Below, piece by piece: positions 32,746 to 34,968 of a stretch of DNA of 34,968 nt. This DNA comes from an uncultured archaeon. Its GTDB lineage: Archaea; Thermoplasmatota; Poseidoniia; MGIII; CG-Epi1. The notes beneath the pieces were generated by a model. It saw nothing but the letters and a program-made list of their open reading frames with translations. It did no database searches and was not told where the DNA came from. The position numbers and the translations under genes are program-made. The stretch is from NCBI GenBank assembly GCA_964568285.1, contig CAZMPT010000001.1, positions 1 through 34,968 on the forward strand, read 5' to 3'. The number at the start of each line of letters is the position of its first letter. The first letter of the stretch is position 1.

Positions 32746-33627
32746 ATGAGTGTGTCGAGACCAAACTTCTTGCATTGAAGAAGTAGGAATAATTTTTCCA
32801 TCCCATCGCTCTGTTTCCCAACTAAACAAAATACTTGCCACTTCATATGGAGAAGAAAAATCGTTTTCATTTAATTTCTTTATATCTTCTTCAGTTAAAG
32901 GCCAAACGGGAAGTCCAGTCTTCCCATTCAAAGAATATGGACATCTAATTATGCCCTGACGATGTGCTGGAGCCAAATCATAACGATATAATGGCATTTT
33001 TGTTGCTAATATGGCTATTTTTTGAATCTGGAAACGATATTCTTTCCCTAAGTTACGCAGAGGGTCCCACTGCTCTACGGTTTTTAAATTAAATCCACAT
33101 AATTTCTCTGCTTCTTCGGCAAATAACCAGACATGGAATCCTTTGTTACCACTAAATACTATTTCGGGTGAGTATCCCAAATTTACAAGATAATTAAAAA
33201 TCTTGTAAGAATTTTCCCATGCCACTCCTAAATCTTGGTCATCTATGTCCCAAACCATATCTTTTCCTTGCCATATGTTATGGTAAGTTTCTATGCCAAT
33301 TATGTTAGGGTCTAAATAAGTTCTCCATAATTCGGCATATTTTTCTCTTTCTTCTTTATTCCAATCACTGGAACTTTGTTCTCGCAGTCTTGGTGGTAAC
33401 TCTACTGCGTCCCAATTAATATGATTCGTTCCAATATAAACAGAAGTTGGTCTTTTATCTGCATCTAAAATATTTAACCACTTTAATGTGTCTTCAGAGT
33501 GATTGATTCTACACTTGCGTATTCCAAATACACCAACTTTTTCATCATCTATGAGCCATTTTACTTCTCGATGGCGAGCCTGATGCCAAATAGCGGTGCC
33601 AATTTCCCGCCGACTATACCATTCCAT
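32734..33627 (-). CDS. Archaeo-eukaryotic primase (PriS-like AEP) catalytic subunit
   Basis: Motif I is MVWDIDDQD, motif II is SGNKGFHVWLF, and motif III is DLAPAHRQGIIRCPYSLNGKTGL. The N-terminal PTSVYIGTN is typical of PriS. The start was set to ATG 33627 (Met8), exactly 20 nt from motif 33647. Confidence 0.8.
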   Translation of the reverse strand: MEWYSRREIGTAIWHQARHREVKWLIDDEKVGVFGIRKCRINHSEDTLKWLNILDADKRPTSVYIGTNHINWDAVELPPRLREQSSSDWNKEEREKYAELWRTYLDPNIIGIETYHNIWQGKDMVWDIDDQDLGVAWENSYKIFNYLVNLGYSPEIVFSGNKGFHVWLFAEEAEKLCGFNLKTVEQWDPLRNLGKEYRFQIQKIAILATKMPLYRYDLAPAHRQGIIRCPYSLNGKTGLPVWPLTEEDIKKLNENDFSSPYEVASILFSWETERWDGKIIPTSSMQEVWSRHTHLFE

Positions 33628-33634
33628 ACTATAT

Positions 33635-34069
33635 TTACAGCCCATCACCTATTTCAATTGGTAGTAGTCTGAAGTTTATGGTCTGAAATTGTTCTGGTGA
33701 ATCTTCATTTAAGTGCCAAAACTCTGGTGAATTCTCAAGTTCTGTTATTGCATATACAGGAAACCCTATCTCGTCCAAATCCTTGTAGGAGTCATCTTCC
33801 AGTTCATCAATGAGGTTAGTTATTGCTTCACGAAGTAGCATCGAGTAGTGAATAAAAATAAATTCACTAGATTCCACACTATAACTATTCATTTCGCCAT
33901 CGCTGCCACGAAAATCATGCGCTATTTCTACGAGAAATTCTGCCAACAATGTGTTTTTGTAGTAAATCCAGAGGTTGGTGTATGCTAAATTTCCAAATTC
34001 ATCCTCATCCTCATCAAGAAAGGTGTGTTCAAACTTATATTTGAAGTTGAATATTTTAAATTCGGGCAA
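33635..34069 (-). CDS. Acidic hypothetical protein (144 aa), TTG start
   Basis: There is no in-frame ATG for about 60 codons. The TTG lies 5 nt after GGGTGAT, which contains the PolX TGA stop. Confidence 0.55.
   Translation of the reverse strand: MPEFKIFNFKYKFEHTFLDEDEDEFGNLAYTNLWIYYKNTLLAEFLVEIAHDFRGSDGEMNSYSVESSEFIFIHYSMLLREAITNLIDELEDDSYKDLDEIGFPVYAITELENSPEFWHLNEDSPEQFQTINFRLLPIEIGDGL
33647..33656 (-). promoter_or_regulatory. Promoter element, variant TGAAATAGGT, embedded in the 3' end of the upstream CDS
   Basis: 20 nt to ATG 33627 of the primase. It lies in the codons for IEIGDGL of 33635..34069. Confidence 0.6.
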
Positions 34070-34075
34070 ATCTAA

Positions 34076-34879
34076 TCACCCATATCGGGTTATTTCCAAA
34101 AACGCCTTCATCGCTTGTGCTTCGCTAATAATTCCTAATTGGATGTTGGCTTCTAATGCAAGTAGGGCTTCTTGTAACCTTATTTCTTTCATCATTACAT
34201 TATTTATGACCGCTTTTTCTAATGGTCCAGCGGTTTTGTAGGTATCAGGAAAGATAACTGCACTGTTAAATTCTTGGAGTTCTTCTGCATCCATTTTTAG
34301 ACCAATTCCAATGTGCATTTGTGCTTTTGTAATCTTTCCATTTTTGTAAAGCCACCTCAATTCATCGTCCGAGATTTCCCCTAAGTGTCTTGTAATTGTT
34401 TCAGCACGGCGTTCTGTGGCTGGTCGGAAATTCTTGCCTAAAATTTCATATATTTCTTCTTCGGTGGCACCGCCGAGATATTCATTAGTTTCTCTATCAA
34501 ATATACCATACTCATTTAATTTCATGCCACGACTTTTTGCTGCTCTTCTGATTCCAATATTGTATCCTGCCGGTCCAGTAAAATAAAGTAATGCTGCACC
34601 CAAGGCCCTTGGGGTAGTGACTCTAATATCTACTTTAACCCCATCTACAATTATCTGTGTCTTTTTTTCACCGACCCAACTTACTGAAGAATATTCGCCA
34701 GATAAACTCTCTACAATATTAGGTAAAGTTTCTCTCGGTTTTAGGATAACAACTATATCTAAGTCTCCGGGGTCTTCCCTTCCTCTTCTGAAACTTCCCG
34801 CAACTTCAATAAATTCGCAAGAAGGTTGTAATAAACCAGTCATTTTTGTCGCTAATGCTTCTGCTTGTGGTCGAGTCAT
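34076..34879 (-). CDS. Family X DNA polymerase (Pol beta-like palm plus thumb) with a C-terminal extension of about 110 aa; the N-terminus may lie beyond the window
   Basis: Motifs: GSFRRGREDPGDLDIVV, VDIRV, LGAALLYFTGPAGYNIGIRRAAKSRGMKLNEYGIF, ATEEEIYEILGKNFRPATERR. The reading frame stays open for all 29 codons from 34880 to the window edge. Confidence 0.85.
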   Translation of the reverse strand: MTRPQAEALATKMTGLLQPSCEFIEVAGSFRRGREDPGDLDIVVILKPRETLPNIVESLSGEYSSVSWVGEKKTQIIVDGVKVDIRVTTPRALGAALLYFTGPAGYNIGIRRAAKSRGMKLNEYGIFDRETNEYLGGATEEEIYEILGKNFRPATERRAETITRHLGEISDDELRWLYKNGKITKAQMHIGIGLKMDAEELQEFNSAVIFPDTYKTAGPLEKAVINNVMMKEIRLQEALLALEANIQLGIISEAQAMKAFLEITRYG

Positions 34880-34968
34880 CCTTTCTTCTTCGGGTCGGTC
34901 TTCGGCGGCGAATGATTCTGCATTTTTCTCTCTTTCTTTTGGAAGGCTAATTTGAATATCCTTTCCAC

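Noticed and set aside
8910-33656. The acctatttaa repeats as transposon or MITE ends, att sites or a partition/iteron array
   Set aside because: Copies are single rather than paired. Their orientation always follows the downstream gene, and they sit at a fixed 20-21 nt (or SD-containing 31-54 nt) from start codons. This is promoter behaviour.
15684-34069. Small, highly acidic proteins (15684..16079, 25978..26610, 29379..29939, 33635..34069) as DNA-mimic anti-restriction proteins
   Set aside because: Almost the whole proteome is acidic, which is a halophile adaptation. Charge alone is therefore not evidence for DNA mimicry.
290-34955. Numerous 60-137-aa antisense or out-of-frame ORFs in the track (e.g. 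290..502, 5206..5448, 12958..13200, 21459..21952, 25063..25434, 30015..30308, 30396..30809, 34617..34955)
   Set aside because: Each lies entirely within a longer ORF on the other strand or frame that has recognisable motifs or promoter/SD support. Their products are low-complexity or hydrophobic reverse-frame artefacts.
34876-34956. A 15-codon uORF (ATG 34923, ATGA-coupled to the PolX ATG) behind a weak TTCAAATTAG box
   Set aside because: The motif match is poor and the spacing is 24 nt. The alternative, an in-frame N-terminal extension of PolX past the window edge, is equally possible. The window cannot resolve this.
1-34968. Origin from a eukaryotic giant virus (TFIIB, PolX, AEP primase and a PTC7-type phosphatase also occur there)
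   Set aside because: More than 15 genes have GGAGG/GGTGAT Shine-Dalgarno sites at 3-9 nt. ATGA/TAATG overlaps and polycistronic coupling are pervasive, and the TATA box sits at about -27 from the ATG. These are archaeal/prokaryotic features.

Overview
This is a gene-dense 35-kb fragment with about 56 protein genes in alternating strand blocks. I found no rRNA, tRNA, CRISPR array, integrase or transposase. It reads as an archaeal mobile element, most likely a virus or provirus of a salt-in halophile. The supporting signs are strongly acidic proteins, low to moderate GC, Shine-Dalgarno sites complementary to the archaeal 16S 3' end, ATGA/TAATG gene coupling, and TATA boxes about 27 nt upstream of start codons. 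No capsid, portal or terminase hallmark was recognisable by eye, so virus versus plasmid versus genomic island stays open.

Functions recognised from sequence motifs only (no database search was possible):
- TFIIB-type transcription factor (TFB)
- family-X DNA polymerase
- PriS-like archaeo-eukaryotic primase
- XPD/Rad3-type Fe-S helicase
- Cas4/RecB-type Fe-S nuclease
- T4-gp1-like dNMP kinase
- protein-kinase-like protein
- PTC7/PP2C phosphatase
- ferredoxin:thioredoxin-reductase catalytic-subunit homolog
- SWIM zinc finger
- two paralogous zinc-finger plus winged-helix regulators
- membrane-anchored Holliday-junction-resolvase-like endonuclease
- lipoprotein
- three-gene membrane-protein block

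The most striking signal is non-coding. One 10-mer, TTAAATAGGT, occurs as 9 exact copies and about 15 close variants. Its orientation always follows the downstream gene. It lies 20-21 nt from the start codon for leaderless genes, or 31-54 nt when a Shine-Dalgarno site is present. Because the element also encodes its own TFB, this looks like a self-contained transcription programme.

The promoter spacing and SD positions let me correct many ORF-track starts. They also support seven genes below the 60-aa ORF-track cutoff.
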